Positions 19,074 to 30,912 of a DNA stretch of 64,000 nucleotides are shown piece after piece (position 1 is the stretch's first letter; every line of letters starts with the position of its first letter). The notes under the pieces are model-generated. The model was not told where the DNA came from. It saw only the letters and a program-made list of their open reading frames with translations, and did not search any database. The translations under genes and the position numbers were made by a program. This stretch comes from an uncultured Clostridia bacterium (lineage in GTDB: Bacteria; Bacillota; Clostridia; Christensenellales; DTU072): contig CAMOOO010000001.1 of NCBI GenBank assembly GCA_946621465.1, positions 33,401-97,400 on the forward strand. The letters run 5' to 3'.

Positions 19074-20048
19074 ATGAAAGAACATCAGTTGCAATACGAA
19101 CGAACTTTTCTCAGCCCCTATGCGCAAAAGAGCGAAGACACGAAAGGAAGGGTCAGAGAAATCGAACCCTGTCCCATTCGTACGGAATATCAGCGCGATC
19201 GCGACCGTATCATCCACAGCCGCGCTTTCCGCCGTCTGAAACATAAAACGCAAGTCTTTCTTCGCCCTACGGACGATCACTTCAGAACGCGTCTTACGCA
19301 TACGCTCGAAGTTACGCAGATCGCAAGAACGATCGCTCGCGCCCTTTTATTAAACGAAGACCTGACGGAAGCGATTGGTCTTGGACACGATCTTGGTCAT
19401 ACTCCGTTCGGGCATGCAGGCGAACGGGTCCTTAATGCGCTCACTGGACACTTCTATCATAATGAACAAAGTTTACGCGTGGTGGACGTGCTTGAAGAGG
19501 ACGGACTCGGATTGAACCTGACTTGGGAAGTCAGAGACGGAATTTTGCAACATAAAAGCAGCGGTAAGCCTTGTACTTTAGAGGGCAAAGTGGTCTCTTA
19601 TGCCGACCGCATCGCCTACATTAACCATGATATTGACGACGCAGTGCGCGCCGGTGTTTTGACGGAAGATGAGATCCCGGCTGATTGCAGAGAGTATCTT
19701 GGCAGAACCAAAGGGGAGAGGATCAATACCCTCGTTCTCGATATTATTCAGAATAGCTTTGAAAAGCCTTGCGTCTCTTTGACCGATAAAGGCGATTACT
19801 ATATGAATAAGCTACGCGATTTCATGTTTGAAAGAGTGTACTTTACCCAGGCGGGAGAGGATTCGCTGAAAAAAGCCGACCGTATGCTCTCCATGCTTTA
19901 TAAATACTATATCGCCCACCCGGACGAATTGCCTCCGTCCGGCGTCGAGGGAGAAACGTCCGTCCTTGTCTGCGACTACCTTGCGGGTATGACCGACAAC
20001 TATGCTATCAACAAAGCAAGATATCTTTTCTTGCCCGAATATAACTGA
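19074..20048 (+). CDS. dgt: Deoxyguanosinetriphosphate triphosphohydrolase (HD family)
   Basis: RDRDRIIHSRAFRRLKHKTQVF, RTRLTH, HDLGHTPFGHAGE. Confidence 0.96.
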   Translation: MKEHQLQYERTFLSPYAQKSEDTKGRVREIEPCPIRTEYQRDRDRIIHSRAFRRLKHKTQVFLRPTDDHFRTRLTHTLEVTQIARTIARALLLNEDLTEAIGLGHDLGHTPFGHAGERVLNALTGHFYHNEQSLRVVDVLEEDGLGLNLTWEVRDGILQHKSSGKPCTLEGKVVSYADRIAYINHDIDDAVRAGVLTEDEIPADCREYLGRTKGERINTLVLDIIQNSFEKPCVSLTDKGDYYMNKLRDFMFERVYFTQAGEDSLKKADRMLSMLYKYYIAHPDELPPSGVEGETSVLVCDYLAGMTDNYAINKARYLFLPEYN

Positions 20049-20061
20049 TATACGAGGAATC

Positions 20062-22416
20062 ATGATAGATTTAACTCAATTGAACGAACGGCAAAAGGCC
20101 GCCGTATTGGAAACGGAAGGGCCAGTTTTGGTCTTTGCCGGCGCCGGAAGCGGTAAAACGCGCGTACTAACTTACAGAATCGCCCACTTAATCGGCGATA
20201 TGAACGTCAACCCGTGGAATATTTTGGCGATTACTTTTACGAATAAAGCAACCAACCAAATGAAAGAAAGGTTATCGACCATGCTTGGAGAAAACGACGT
20301 ATGGATCTCAACATTCCACTCCCTTTGTGTAAAAATCCTTTATCGCTTTTCCGAAAAAATAGGCTATACCCCGGGTTTCAGTATTTACGATGAATCGGCA
20401 AGCACCAGGCTTCTTAACCGCGTACTACGCGAAAAACATCTGGAAGAAGATAAAGATAAAAGTAAATATGCCTACCATATCGGACTTGCTAAAAATGCCG
20501 GATTGTCTCCGGATGCCTACTTTAATCAAATAAGGTCTATCGAAAAAGATGCCATGACTATTTCCGAAGTATACGAACGTTACGACGAGTATCTGAAAGA
20601 AAATAACGCCATGGACTTTGACGATTTGCTTATGAAATGTAAGGAACTATTAAGCGATCATCCCGACGTCAGAGAATACTATTCATCTAAATTCCGCTAC
20701 ATCCACGTTGATGAATTTCAGGACACAAACGGAATCCAGTTTGAGATACTGAAAATGCTCGGCGAAAAATGGAACAACGTCTTCGTCGTCGGCGACGACG
20801 ATCAAAGTATCTATGGCTGGCGCGGAGCGGATATACGTAACATCCTTGATTTCAATAAATATTATCCCAATGCAAAAGTTTTTAAATTAGAACAAAACTA
20901 TCGTTCCACCCAAGCAATACTTGATTGCGCCAATAGATTGATTAAGAATAACAACGCCAGAAGCGGCAAATCGCTCTTTACCGACGGAGACGTCGGACAG
21001 GCGGTGGAATTTAATTTATATGCCTCCGACTACGAAGAGGTCGACAGTGTAATTGGCAAAATATCCAGCCTTAAACGTGGCAAGGGATACAAAAATAACG
21101 ATTTTGCGATTCTTGTGCGCAACAACTCGCTGACACGTTTGTTTGAAACAAATTTCAGTAAAATGGGTATAAAGTACCGCGTGTTCGGTGGCTATAAGTT
21201 CTTTGACAGAAAAGAAATATTGGACGTTCTTGCTTACCTTCGTATTCTAGTTAACCCGTACGACGGAGAGGCGATCATGAGGGTTATTAATATGCCTAAA
21301 CGGGGTATCGGTGACACCACCGTAGAGCAGGTGTCCGAGTATGCGGCGCAAAAGGGTATTTCGCTTTTCGATGCAATTACAGAGATAGATAACCTGCCGT
21401 TTAGTGGCGGCGTCAAACAAAAGATCAAACAATTCCGCGACCTTATCTTTGATCTCAAATTTGCGCAGAATTCCATGGATCTTTCCGAGTTCTGTCAATA
21501 TTTGGTTAAGAAGGTTGATTTTGAAAACTACTACCGATCCACAGGCAAGGAAGAAGATGAGAATCGCTGGGCGAATATCGAAGAATTTTTAACCTATGTT
21601 GAAGAAAACTATTCTGAAGAGGACAAGCTGGAAGAGTTTTTGCATACCGTTCAGCTCAATACCGATAGGGAAGAGGAGGAGGATGATAAAGACCGTGTGA
21701 CTATTGCGACAATGCACGCTGTTAAGGGATTGGAGTTCCCCGTTGTCTTTATTGTCGCGTGTGAGGATGGAATCATTCCTTCGTCGCAAAGTTTACGCGA
21801 AGCAAACGGCGTTGACGAGGAACGACGCGTTATGTACGTCGCCGTAACTCGCGCGCAAGAATTATTATTTATATCCGCCGTAAAAGGATTCCGCAGAAAG
21901 TATAACAGGAATGAATCGGCCATGCCGTCGAGATTTATGAGCGAAGCAAAAGGAACTCCAGTTGTTCCGCCAAAGGATAATCCCTGGCAAAGACCCGGCT
22001 TTGAAAGGTACGTTTCTTATCGGCAGTATGATGAGGAATATGAAAGCAATATTCCTAAATATCCGTATCCAATGCAACAAAAATCAGGCGGTTATTCCTA
22101 TGGTCAGCATGGATACTCTACATCTGCACGTTCGTCAAATACCGGATATTCGTATCCTACGCAACAGAATAGTATAGGATATGGTCAAAAACCACAAATT
22201 CAAGTAACTTCCGCCGCCTCTGCGTCAACTTCGGGAGCGAATAAAAAAGATTTATCTCTTTACCATGCCGGCGTAAAGGTACGGCATAAAAAGTTTGGTC
22301 TCGGGACGGTACTTATTGTGGAAGGAACAGGCAACTCCGCAACGGTCACCGTTGCCTTTAAGGATCTCGGCATTAAGAAATTTGCCCTTGCCGTTGCTCC
22401 GCTTGAGATTGTATAG
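20062..22416 (+). CDS. pcrA: ATP-dependent DNA helicase PcrA/UvrD
   Basis: AGAGSGKT, VDEFQD, GDDDQSIYGWRGA, LEQNYRS, HAVKGLEF, EERRVMYVAVTRA; C-terminal HKKFGLG Tudor-like domain. Confidence 0.97.
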   Translation: MIDLTQLNERQKAAVLETEGPVLVFAGAGSGKTRVLTYRIAHLIGDMNVNPWNILAITFTNKATNQMKERLSTMLGENDVWISTFHSLCVKILYRFSEKIGYTPGFSIYDESASTRLLNRVLREKHLEEDKDKSKYAYHIGLAKNAGLSPDAYFNQIRSIEKDAMTISEVYERYDEYLKENNAMDFDDLLMKCKELLSDHPDVREYYSSKFRYIHVDEFQDTNGIQFEILKMLGEKWNNVFVVGDDDQSIYGWRGADIRNILDFNKYYPNAKVFKLEQNYRSTQAILDCANRLIKNNNARSGKSLFTDGDVGQAVEFNLYASDYEEVDSVIGKISSLKRGKGYKNNDFAILVRNNSLTRLFETNFSKMGIKYRVFGGYKFFDRKEILDVLAYLRILVNPYDGEAIMRVINMPKRGIGDTTVEQVSEYAAQKGISLFDAITEIDNLPFSGGVKQKIKQFRDLIFDLKFAQNSMDLSEFCQYLVKKVDFENYYRSTGKEEDENRWANIEEFLTYVEENYSEEDKLEEFLHTVQLNTDREEEEDDKDRVTIATMHAVKGLEFPVVFIVACEDGIIPSSQSLREANGVDEERRVMYVAVTRAQELLFISAVKGFRRKYNRNESAMPSRFMSEAKGTPVVPPKDNPWQRPGFERYVSYRQYDEEYESNIPKYPYPMQQKSGGYSYGQHGYSTSARSSNTGYSYPTQQNSIGYGQKPQIQVTSAASASTSGANKKDLSLYHAGVKVRHKKFGLGTVLIVEGTGNSATVTVAFKDLGIKKFALAVAPLEIV

Positions 22417-22420
22417 GTGA

Positions 22421-24367
<1,947 letters not shown>

Positions 24368-24384
24368 TATTTACTTAAAATTAT

Positions 24385-24413
24385 TTGTCAAAATTAAACG
24401 ACTGTGCTATAAT
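24385..24413 (+). promoter_or_regulatory. sigmaA promoter for the yloC-gmk-rpoZ operon
   Basis: TTGTCA-17 nt-TATAAT with TGn extension. Confidence 0.8.
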
Positions 24414-24446
24414 TTATCAAAATCAATTCGTTGAGGTAGATGGATT

Positions 24447-25319
24447 ATGAATAGCATGACCGGTTACGGCAGAGGAATTGCTGAGAGAGATGGACGAAAA
24501 GTAACGGTGGAACTTCGTTCCGTTAATCACCGTTTTGCCGACTATTCCATGAAATTGCCACGGTTTCTTTCCGCTTGCGAAGACGTCGTTCGCAAGGTTT
24601 GTTCGGAGTATATTATTCGCGGACACGTCGACGTTTTTTTACTCTATGAAAATAACAGAGAGGACAAGGCTACCGCTTCGGTCGATATTGCCATCGCCGA
24701 GCAATATAAGCGTATCGCCGAAAATCTGGAGTCGATCGGTTTTACCAACGACCTTACCGCTTCTCGCGTTATGAAGTTGCCCGACGTTATCGACGTAAAA
24801 GAAACGGAGGAAAACATGGAAGAGATTTTTTCCCTTACGGCGGAGGCTACGACCGAGGCGTGCAAACAACTCGTTGTCATGCGTGAAACGGAAGGCAAAA
24901 AGTTAAAAGCCGATCTTTTAACCAAGCTGGCCAATTTAGAGGAGATGGTTTCTTTTATCGAGACAAGGGCGCCCGAGGTAGTTACGACCTATGCGGAAAA
25001 ACTTAAAAAACGCCTGACCGATTATTTAGACGGTATCGAGATCGACCAAAGTAAATTCCTATCCGAGGTCTGCCTTTATACGGACAGAGTGGCAATCGAT
25101 GAAGAGATCACTCGTTTAAAGACCCATTTCCAACACTGCAAAGAAATTTTCGAGATGGACGGTTCTATCGGAAAGACCCTCGACTTTACCGTACAGGAAA
25201 TGAACAGGGAGATCAACACCACCGGCAGTAAATGCAGTGATATGCAGATCACCGAAAAAGTCATCGCAGCCAAGAACGAATTGGAAAAATTCAGAGAGCA
25301 GGTGCAAAACATAGAATGA
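24447..25319 (+). CDS. yloC: YicC/YloC-family endoribonuclease
   Basis: SMTGYG, SVNHRF, IDEEITRL, QEMNREINT, FREQVQNIE. Confidence 0.95.
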   Translation: MNSMTGYGRGIAERDGRKVTVELRSVNHRFADYSMKLPRFLSACEDVVRKVCSEYIIRGHVDVFLLYENNREDKATASVDIAIAEQYKRIAENLESIGFTNDLTASRVMKLPDVIDVKETEENMEEIFSLTAEATTEACKQLVVMRETEGKKLKADLLTKLANLEEMVSFIETRAPEVVTTYAEKLKKRLTDYLDGIEIDQSKFLSEVCLYTDRVAIDEEITRLKTHFQHCKEIFEMDGSIGKTLDFTVQEMNREINTTGSKCSDMQITEKVIAAKNELEKFREQVQNIE

Positions 25320-25939
25320 GAAAAGGTATTGTTTTTGTTATTTCCGGTCCCAGCGGAGCCGGAAAAGGAACGGTTGCAAAAGGTATGCTGGATACCCTCG
25401 ATAACATCCGATTCAGCGTTTCGGCAACCAACCGCGCCCCGAGACCGGGCGAAACGGATGGGGTCAGTTATTACTTCGTTTCCAACGAACGTTTTGACGA
25501 GATGATCCGTAATGATGAATTTTTGGAGTACGTCGATAAATACACCAACAAATACGGCACTCCGAAATCGTCTGTTGAAGGCTTGATCGAGCAAGGAATA
25601 GACGTTATTTTGGACGTGGAAACCATTGGCGCGGAAAATATCAAGAAAGCCATTCCCGAGTCGGTCAGCATCTTTATTCTGCCGCCTTCGTTGGAAATTC
25701 TGAAACAGCGTCTCATTGCGCGCGGCACGGAATCGAAAGAACTTGTCGAGATCCGTTTTTCTCAGGCGTGCGAGGAGATAAATTGCGCCTATGAATACGA
25801 TTACGTCGTTGTTAACGACGACAAAGAAAAATGTCTGCGAACGGTTGCCTCTATCATAGAGGCGGAACGCCGGAAAGGCTCCAGAAACGCAGATTTACCG
25901 AAACAGGTCCTGAATAACGAAATTGTAGAAAATAAATAA
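25316..25939 (+). CDS. gmk: Guanylate kinase
   Basis: SGPSGAGKGT, RAPRPGETDG, YGT, FILPPS. Confidence 0.97.
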   Translation: MRKGIVFVISGPSGAGKGTVAKGMLDTLDNIRFSVSATNRAPRPGETDGVSYYFVSNERFDEMIRNDEFLEYVDKYTNKYGTPKSSVEGLIEQGIDVILDVETIGAENIKKAIPESVSIFILPPSLEILKQRLIARGTESKELVEIRFSQACEEINCAYEYDYVVVNDDKEKCLRTVASIIEAERRKGSRNADLPKQVLNNEIVENK

Positions 25940-25968
25940 CAAAAAAATCAAAAAGGAGATTTTTTACT

Positions 25969-26166
25969 ATGATGATTGATCCACCCATCGATAAGTTGAT
26001 CGAAAAGACCCCGGGCAGATACGCCCTTGTTTGCGGATTGGCTAAGAGAGCAAAAGAGCTTAACGCTACCGAAAATCCCGATACGGATGAAAACGGTGAA
26101 AAGCCGCTCAGCCGTGCCGCTCGTGAAATATACGAAGGCAAAATCGTTCTTCACATCGACAACTAA
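25969..26166 (+). CDS. rpoZ: RNA polymerase omega subunit
   Basis: PPIDKL...RYALV...AKRAKEL...KPLSRAAREI; lies between gmk and coaBC. Confidence 0.95.
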   Translation: MMIDPPIDKLIEKTPGRYALVCGLAKRAKELNATENPDTDENGEKPLSRAAREIYEGKIVLHIDN

Positions 26167-26169
26167 AAA

Positions 26170-27345
26170 GTGAATAAGAACGTTGTCGTCGGTGTTACCG
26201 GCGGAATTGCCGTCTACAAAACGTGCGAACTTGTTTCTCGTCTGGTAAAGGCAGGATATGGCGTTAAGGTCGTCATGACCGAACACGCCAAAGAATTCGT
26301 CACGCCCCTTACCTTTGAGACCCTCTCGAAAAATGCCGTTATTTGCGATATGTTCGCGCCGAAACCTCATTTCGAGGTGGAACATATCTCGTTGGCAAAA
26401 TGGGCAGGGGCGTACGTCATTGCTCCGGCAACGGCAAACGTGATAGCAAAGATCGCCGGCGGCGTAGCCGACGATATGCTGACCACTTCTTTTATGGCGA
26501 CCGAGGCCGTTCGTATCGTTTGCCCTGCGATGAATACGCAGATGTACCGTGACGAAGCGACGCAGAAGAATCTTCAAACGTTAAAAGACCACGGCGTCCG
26601 CATTTTGGAACCGGGCGTAGGCAGACTCGCTTGCGGAGACGTAGGCGTGGGCAGAATGGAAGAACCGGAAGAGATTTTCCGCTACGTCGACGAAGTTTTG
26701 ACCCCCAATCCCGATTTCCGCGGTAAACGTGTGCTTGTCACTGCCGGCGGAACGGAAGAGGACATCGACGGAGTCAGATTTATCGGTAATCGTTCTTCGG
26801 GTAAAATGGGCGTTGCCATTGCGGAAGCGGTCATGGAAAGGGGGGGCGAAGTTACCTTTGTCTACGGAAAAATTTCCGTTCCCTTGCCGAAAGGAGTAAA
26901 AGCCGTCCACGTTGTTTCCACGCAGGATATGTACGATGCCGTTTTAAAAGAAATGGAAGACTGCGACGTTATTATAAAAAGCGCCGCTCCTGCCGATTAC
27001 CGCGTAAAGGAAAAGTTTACTTCCAAAATTAAAAGCGACACGCTGACTCTTGAACTTGTAAAAAATCCCGACATAGCAAAAGCCGTCGGAGAAAAGAAGG
27101 GCAACCGAATTCTTGTCGCTTTTGCCGCCGAAACGGACAATTTACTTTTGAACGCGCAGCAAAAACTATTTAAAAAGAATGCCGATATCGTGGTAGCAAA
27201 CGACGTGACGGAACCGGGAGCCGGCTTTAACAGCGATACCAATATCGCTACGCTCCTGTACGCAGACGGCAGAATGGAATGCCTGCCAATGATGGACAAA
27301 AGGGAGTTGGCCGACGTTATTTTAGATGCCGTAAAAAGTGTATGA
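26170..27345 (+). CDS. coaBC: Phosphopantothenoylcysteine decarboxylase/synthetase
   Basis: GVTGGIAVYK, APATAN, PAMN, TAGGT, NRSSGKMG, FAAET, VAND. Confidence 0.97.
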   Translation: MNKNVVVGVTGGIAVYKTCELVSRLVKAGYGVKVVMTEHAKEFVTPLTFETLSKNAVICDMFAPKPHFEVEHISLAKWAGAYVIAPATANVIAKIAGGVADDMLTTSFMATEAVRIVCPAMNTQMYRDEATQKNLQTLKDHGVRILEPGVGRLACGDVGVGRMEEPEEIFRYVDEVLTPNPDFRGKRVLVTAGGTEEDIDGVRFIGNRSSGKMGVAIAEAVMERGGEVTFVYGKISVPLPKGVKAVHVVSTQDMYDAVLKEMEDCDVIIKSAAPADYRVKEKFTSKIKSDTLTLELVKNPDIAKAVGEKKGNRILVAFAAETDNLLLNAQQKLFKKNADIVVANDVTEPGAGFNSDTNIATLLYADGRMECLPMMDKRELADVILDAVKSV

Positions 27346-29516
27346 TCTATCAAGTAATCGTTGATATCAGTAACAGCAGCGTGGACAGGGTCTTTGATTA
27401 TTCCTGTCCATTTGCTATTGAAGAGGGGAGTCGCGTAAAAGTTCCCTTCGGCAATCGCACGCTGGAAGGTATCGTTATCGGCACCAAACAATCCACCGAT
27501 ATCAAGACCAAAGATATCATCGCAAAGCTCGATGACTTTACGCCGGTCATTCCGGAAATGATAGAGTTATCACGCTATTTGAAGGCAAATTGCAACATCC
27601 GCTACGCCGACAGTCTTCGTCTATGTATGCCGGCAAAACTGCGCGGCGGCAGAGTTCGCGAGCTGTCTCGCGGCTTTCTGAAACTGGACGTTGATAAAGA
27701 AATAGCGCGCGGATTAATCGGAAAAAACGCCCCTAAACAGTTAGCTCTACTTGAAGAGATACAGCCGGAAGGGGAATTCGAGAGCGTCCTTGTCGGCAGG
27801 TTCGGTCAAAGTGCCGTCAAAGGCTTGGTCGCAAAAGGAATACTCAACAAAACGCAAATGCAGGTCAAGCGTAAACCGCTTAAAAACCTGGAAGGGCAGT
27901 CGAAAAAAGTTCAACTGTCCGATCTGCAAATAAGCGCCGTAAATGAAATATACGACAATATCGGTACCACCGTTTTGCACGGCGTGACAGGGAGCGGAAA
28001 GACGGAAGTCTATATGGCGGTCATCGAAAGGGTTCTGAGCGAAGGTAAATCGGCAATTATGCTGGTGCCGGAAATCAGCCTGACGCCGCAGATGCTCAAC
28101 GTGTTCCGGGGCAGATTCGGGGACAACGTCGGACTACTGCACAGCGGAATGAGCGACGGAGAAAGATACGACGAATGGATGAAAATCCTTACGAAAGAAG
28201 CAAAAGTCGTTTTGGGCGCGCGTAGCGCAATCTTTGCTCCGGTGGAAAACGTCGGCGTTATTATCATCGACGAGGAACACGACGGCAGTTATGTCTCCGA
28301 CAGCAATCCGAGATATCACACCCACGAGATTGCGGAATTCCGTCGAAAGTACAACAATTGCCGGTTGGTTTTGGGGAGTGCGACGCCGTCGCTTGACACC
28401 TATTATAAGGCCATGAATGGGGAGTATAAACTGGTAAAGATGATGACGCGGGCAAACAAACGCGCTATGCCCCAGATGGAAATTATAGACATGAGAAAGG
28501 AGATACGCGCCGGGAACATCAATATGTTCAGCCGCAGGCTCCTTGCAGAACTTGATAAGACCATAAAAGCCGGCAATCAGGCGATGATCTACATTAACAG
28601 ACGGGGATTCGCCTCCTTTTTACGTTGTAAAGCCTGTGGCTACGTGCCGCACTGTACCGACTGTGAAGTCAGTCTGACCTACCATAAGGAGGACAACAGG
28701 CTGAAATGTCACTATTGCGGAAAGGAGTTTTATAACTTAGACGTCTGTCCGCAATGCGGCAATGAAAAACTTTCATACGGCCGGATCGGGACGGAAACGG
28801 TCATGGAGGAATTGAATAAGATTTTCCCCGACGTAAAAGTTTTGCGACTAGATAACGATACGACCTCGTCTAAAGATTCTACCGCGCAGATATTATCTGC
28901 ATTTTCCGCAGGCGAAGCGCAAATACTGGTCGGAACGCAGATGATCGTAAAAGGGCATGACTTTTCCAACGTCACGTTGGTGGGCGTACTGGATGCCGAT
29001 CTGAGTTTATATTACAGCGACTACCGCAGTAACGAACTGACATTTCAGCAGATAACGCAGGTTGCGGGCCGCGCGGGCAGGGATGATAAAGAAGGTTCCG
29101 TTATCATACAAACGTACAACCCTGCCCATTACGTATTCAGGTTTGCGCGGCAGTATGACTACGAGGGCTTTTACGATAAAGAGAGTAATATGAGGGAGAC
29201 GACCTCGTTCCCTCCCTATTCAAAGATCATCAGGATACTTTTGAAGAGCGAAAACGAGGAAAAAGCATTGATCTCGGCGCGTAAATGCTATTCGCGTATG
29301 AGAGAAATAAAAGAAGAGAATACGGGACTGTTTCGCGTACAGGCGATGCGTGCGCCGGTAAAACGAATCAGCAACGAATACCGTTTTCAGGTGGTGATTT
29401 GGTTGCGTATCCAATCGGAAAAAGAATTGGTTCCGCGTATCTATGCCGAGGCGGATAAACTGAACGATAAATCGGTGGTGACTTTTGTAGAAGTCAACCC
29501 GGTCAATATGAGATAA
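27342..29516 (+). CDS. priA: Primosomal protein N'
   Basis: GVTGSGKT, DEEH, SATPS, Cys-rich Zn region, QVAGRAGR; ATGA overlap with coaBC. Confidence 0.97.
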   Translation: MIYQVIVDISNSSVDRVFDYSCPFAIEEGSRVKVPFGNRTLEGIVIGTKQSTDIKTKDIIAKLDDFTPVIPEMIELSRYLKANCNIRYADSLRLCMPAKLRGGRVRELSRGFLKLDVDKEIARGLIGKNAPKQLALLEEIQPEGEFESVLVGRFGQSAVKGLVAKGILNKTQMQVKRKPLKNLEGQSKKVQLSDLQISAVNEIYDNIGTTVLHGVTGSGKTEVYMAVIERVLSEGKSAIMLVPEISLTPQMLNVFRGRFGDNVGLLHSGMSDGERYDEWMKILTKEAKVVLGARSAIFAPVENVGVIIIDEEHDGSYVSDSNPRYHTHEIAEFRRKYNNCRLVLGSATPSLDTYYKAMNGEYKLVKMMTRANKRAMPQMEIIDMRKEIRAGNINMFSRRLLAELDKTIKAGNQAMIYINRRGFASFLRCKACGYVPHCTDCEVSLTYHKEDNRLKCHYCGKEFYNLDVCPQCGNEKLSYGRIGTETVMEELNKIFPDVKVLRLDNDTTSSKDSTAQILSAFSAGEAQILVGTQMIVKGHDFSNVTLVGVLDADLSLYYSDYRSNELTFQQITQVAGRAGRDDKEGSVIIQTYNPAHYVFRFARQYDYEGFYDKESNMRETTSFPPYSKIIRILLKSENEEKALISARKCYSRMREIKEENTGLFRVQAMRAPVKRISNEYRFQVVIWLRIQSEKELVPRIYAEADKLNDKSVVTFVEVNPVNMR

Positions 29517-29539
29517 AAGGTAAATATCAGGAGGATAAT

Positions 29540-29989
29540 ATGGCGATCAGAAAAATATTCCAAGAGGGAGAAGAGTGTCTTGCTAAACGTTGCAGGGAGG
29601 TTACCGTATTCGACGATAAGTTATCCCAGCTGATTGACGACCTGTTCGACACGCTTAAAAAAGCAGACGGCGCAGGACTCGCCGCTCCGCAAATCGGTGT
29701 TCTTCGGAGAGTTGCCGTCGTTAACGTGGACGGCGTAAAAATGGAATTAGTCAATCCGCAGATCATTGCGGCAGAAGGACAGCAGATCGGAGAAGAAGGA
29801 TGTTTGAGCGTTGACTTCTCCAAGAATTGCGAAGTTCTTCGTCCCCAAAAAGTAACCGTCCGCGCCTATGACAGGTATGGAAAGATGTTTGAAAGAACGG
29901 TGACCGACTTGCCGGCAAGGTGCGTCTGTCACGAACTTGACCACCTGGAAGGGATATTATTTTACACGAGGAAGTATCAATGTAAATAA
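29540..29989 (+). CDS. def: Peptide deformylase
   Basis: GAGLAAPQIG, EGCLS, HELDH. Confidence 0.97.
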   Translation: MAIRKIFQEGEECLAKRCREVTVFDDKLSQLIDDLFDTLKKADGAGLAAPQIGVLRRVAVVNVDGVKMELVNPQIIAAEGQQIGEEGCLSVDFSKNCEVLRPQKVTVRAYDRYGKMFERTVTDLPARCVCHELDHLEGILFYTRKYQCK

Positions 29990-30912
29990 TGAAAGTACTT
30001 TTTTTGGGAACGCCCGGCTTTGCCGTGGGTGTGTTGGATAAAATAGTTCGTTCTTCTCACCGAGTCGTCGGTGTGATTACGCAGCCGGACAAAGCGAGCG
30101 GCAGGGGCAATAAAATAAATTATTGTCCGGTAAAAACGTACGCTTTGGAAAGTGGATTGCCCCTTCGTCAATATGAAAGAATAAACGATAACGTAGAGGA
30201 CGTGGCTTCGTTTGGTGCGGATATCATGGTGACTTGTGCATACGGTCAGATATTAAAACAGCCGATTTTGGACGTTTGCAAGCATGGTATTATTAACGTC
30301 CATGCATCCCTTCTTCCTAAATACCGTGGGTCTTCTCCGGTGGAATGGGCGCTGATAAACGGTGAAAAGGAGATCGGCGTTACCATTATGCAAACGGAAC
30401 TGGGCGTCGATACCGGGGATATGATTTTACAAAGAGGTATTCCTTTAGACGGCGAAGAGAACGCTGCGGAAGCGCTGGAAAAATTGAGCGTACTCGGGGC
30501 GGAGCTTATTGTCGAAGCTCTTGACCTTATTGAAGGCGGAAAAGCCGTCTACGTTAAGCAGGATGAGTCCAAAGCGACTAAATGTAAAATGTTTGTTAAA
30601 GAGGACGGGAAGATCGACTTTTCTTTGACCGCAGAAGAAGTTCATAATTTCATTCGCGGTATTAATCCGCGTCCGGGTGCTTTCTTTGAGAGTGAAAACG
30701 GAAGAATAAAGGTGTTGCGTGCCAAAGTGGAACCGGCAGAGGAAGGAAGAGCAGGAGAGATCATATGCGCCGATCCTAAAAAAGGCTTGGTTGTTCGTTG
30801 CGGAAAAGGCGCAGTACGTTTGTTACAGATACAGGGCGAAAACGCCAAACCGATGAGTAGCGAAGATTATCTTCGGGGCAGGAAATTGACCGTTGGGAGT
30901 ATAGTAAAGTGA
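29989..30912 (+). CDS. fmt: Methionyl-tRNA formyltransferase
   Basis: FLGTP, TQPD, NVHASLLPKYRG. Confidence 0.97.
   Translation: MKVLFLGTPGFAVGVLDKIVRSSHRVVGVITQPDKASGRGNKINYCPVKTYALESGLPLRQYERINDNVEDVASFGADIMVTCAYGQILKQPILDVCKHGIINVHASLLPKYRGSSPVEWALINGEKEIGVTIMQTELGVDTGDMILQRGIPLDGEENAAEALEKLSVLGAELIVEALDLIEGGKAVYVKQDESKATKCKMFVKEDGKIDFSLTAEEVHNFIRGINPRPGAFFESENGRIKVLRAKVEPAEEGRAGEIICADPKKGLVVRCGKGAVRLLQIQGENAKPMSSEDYLRGRKLTVGSIVK

Noticed and set aside
19074-20048. dGTPase as an anti-phage nucleotide-depletion system
   Set aside because: Short housekeeping-type enzyme in an operon with pcrA-ligA, with no defence context.
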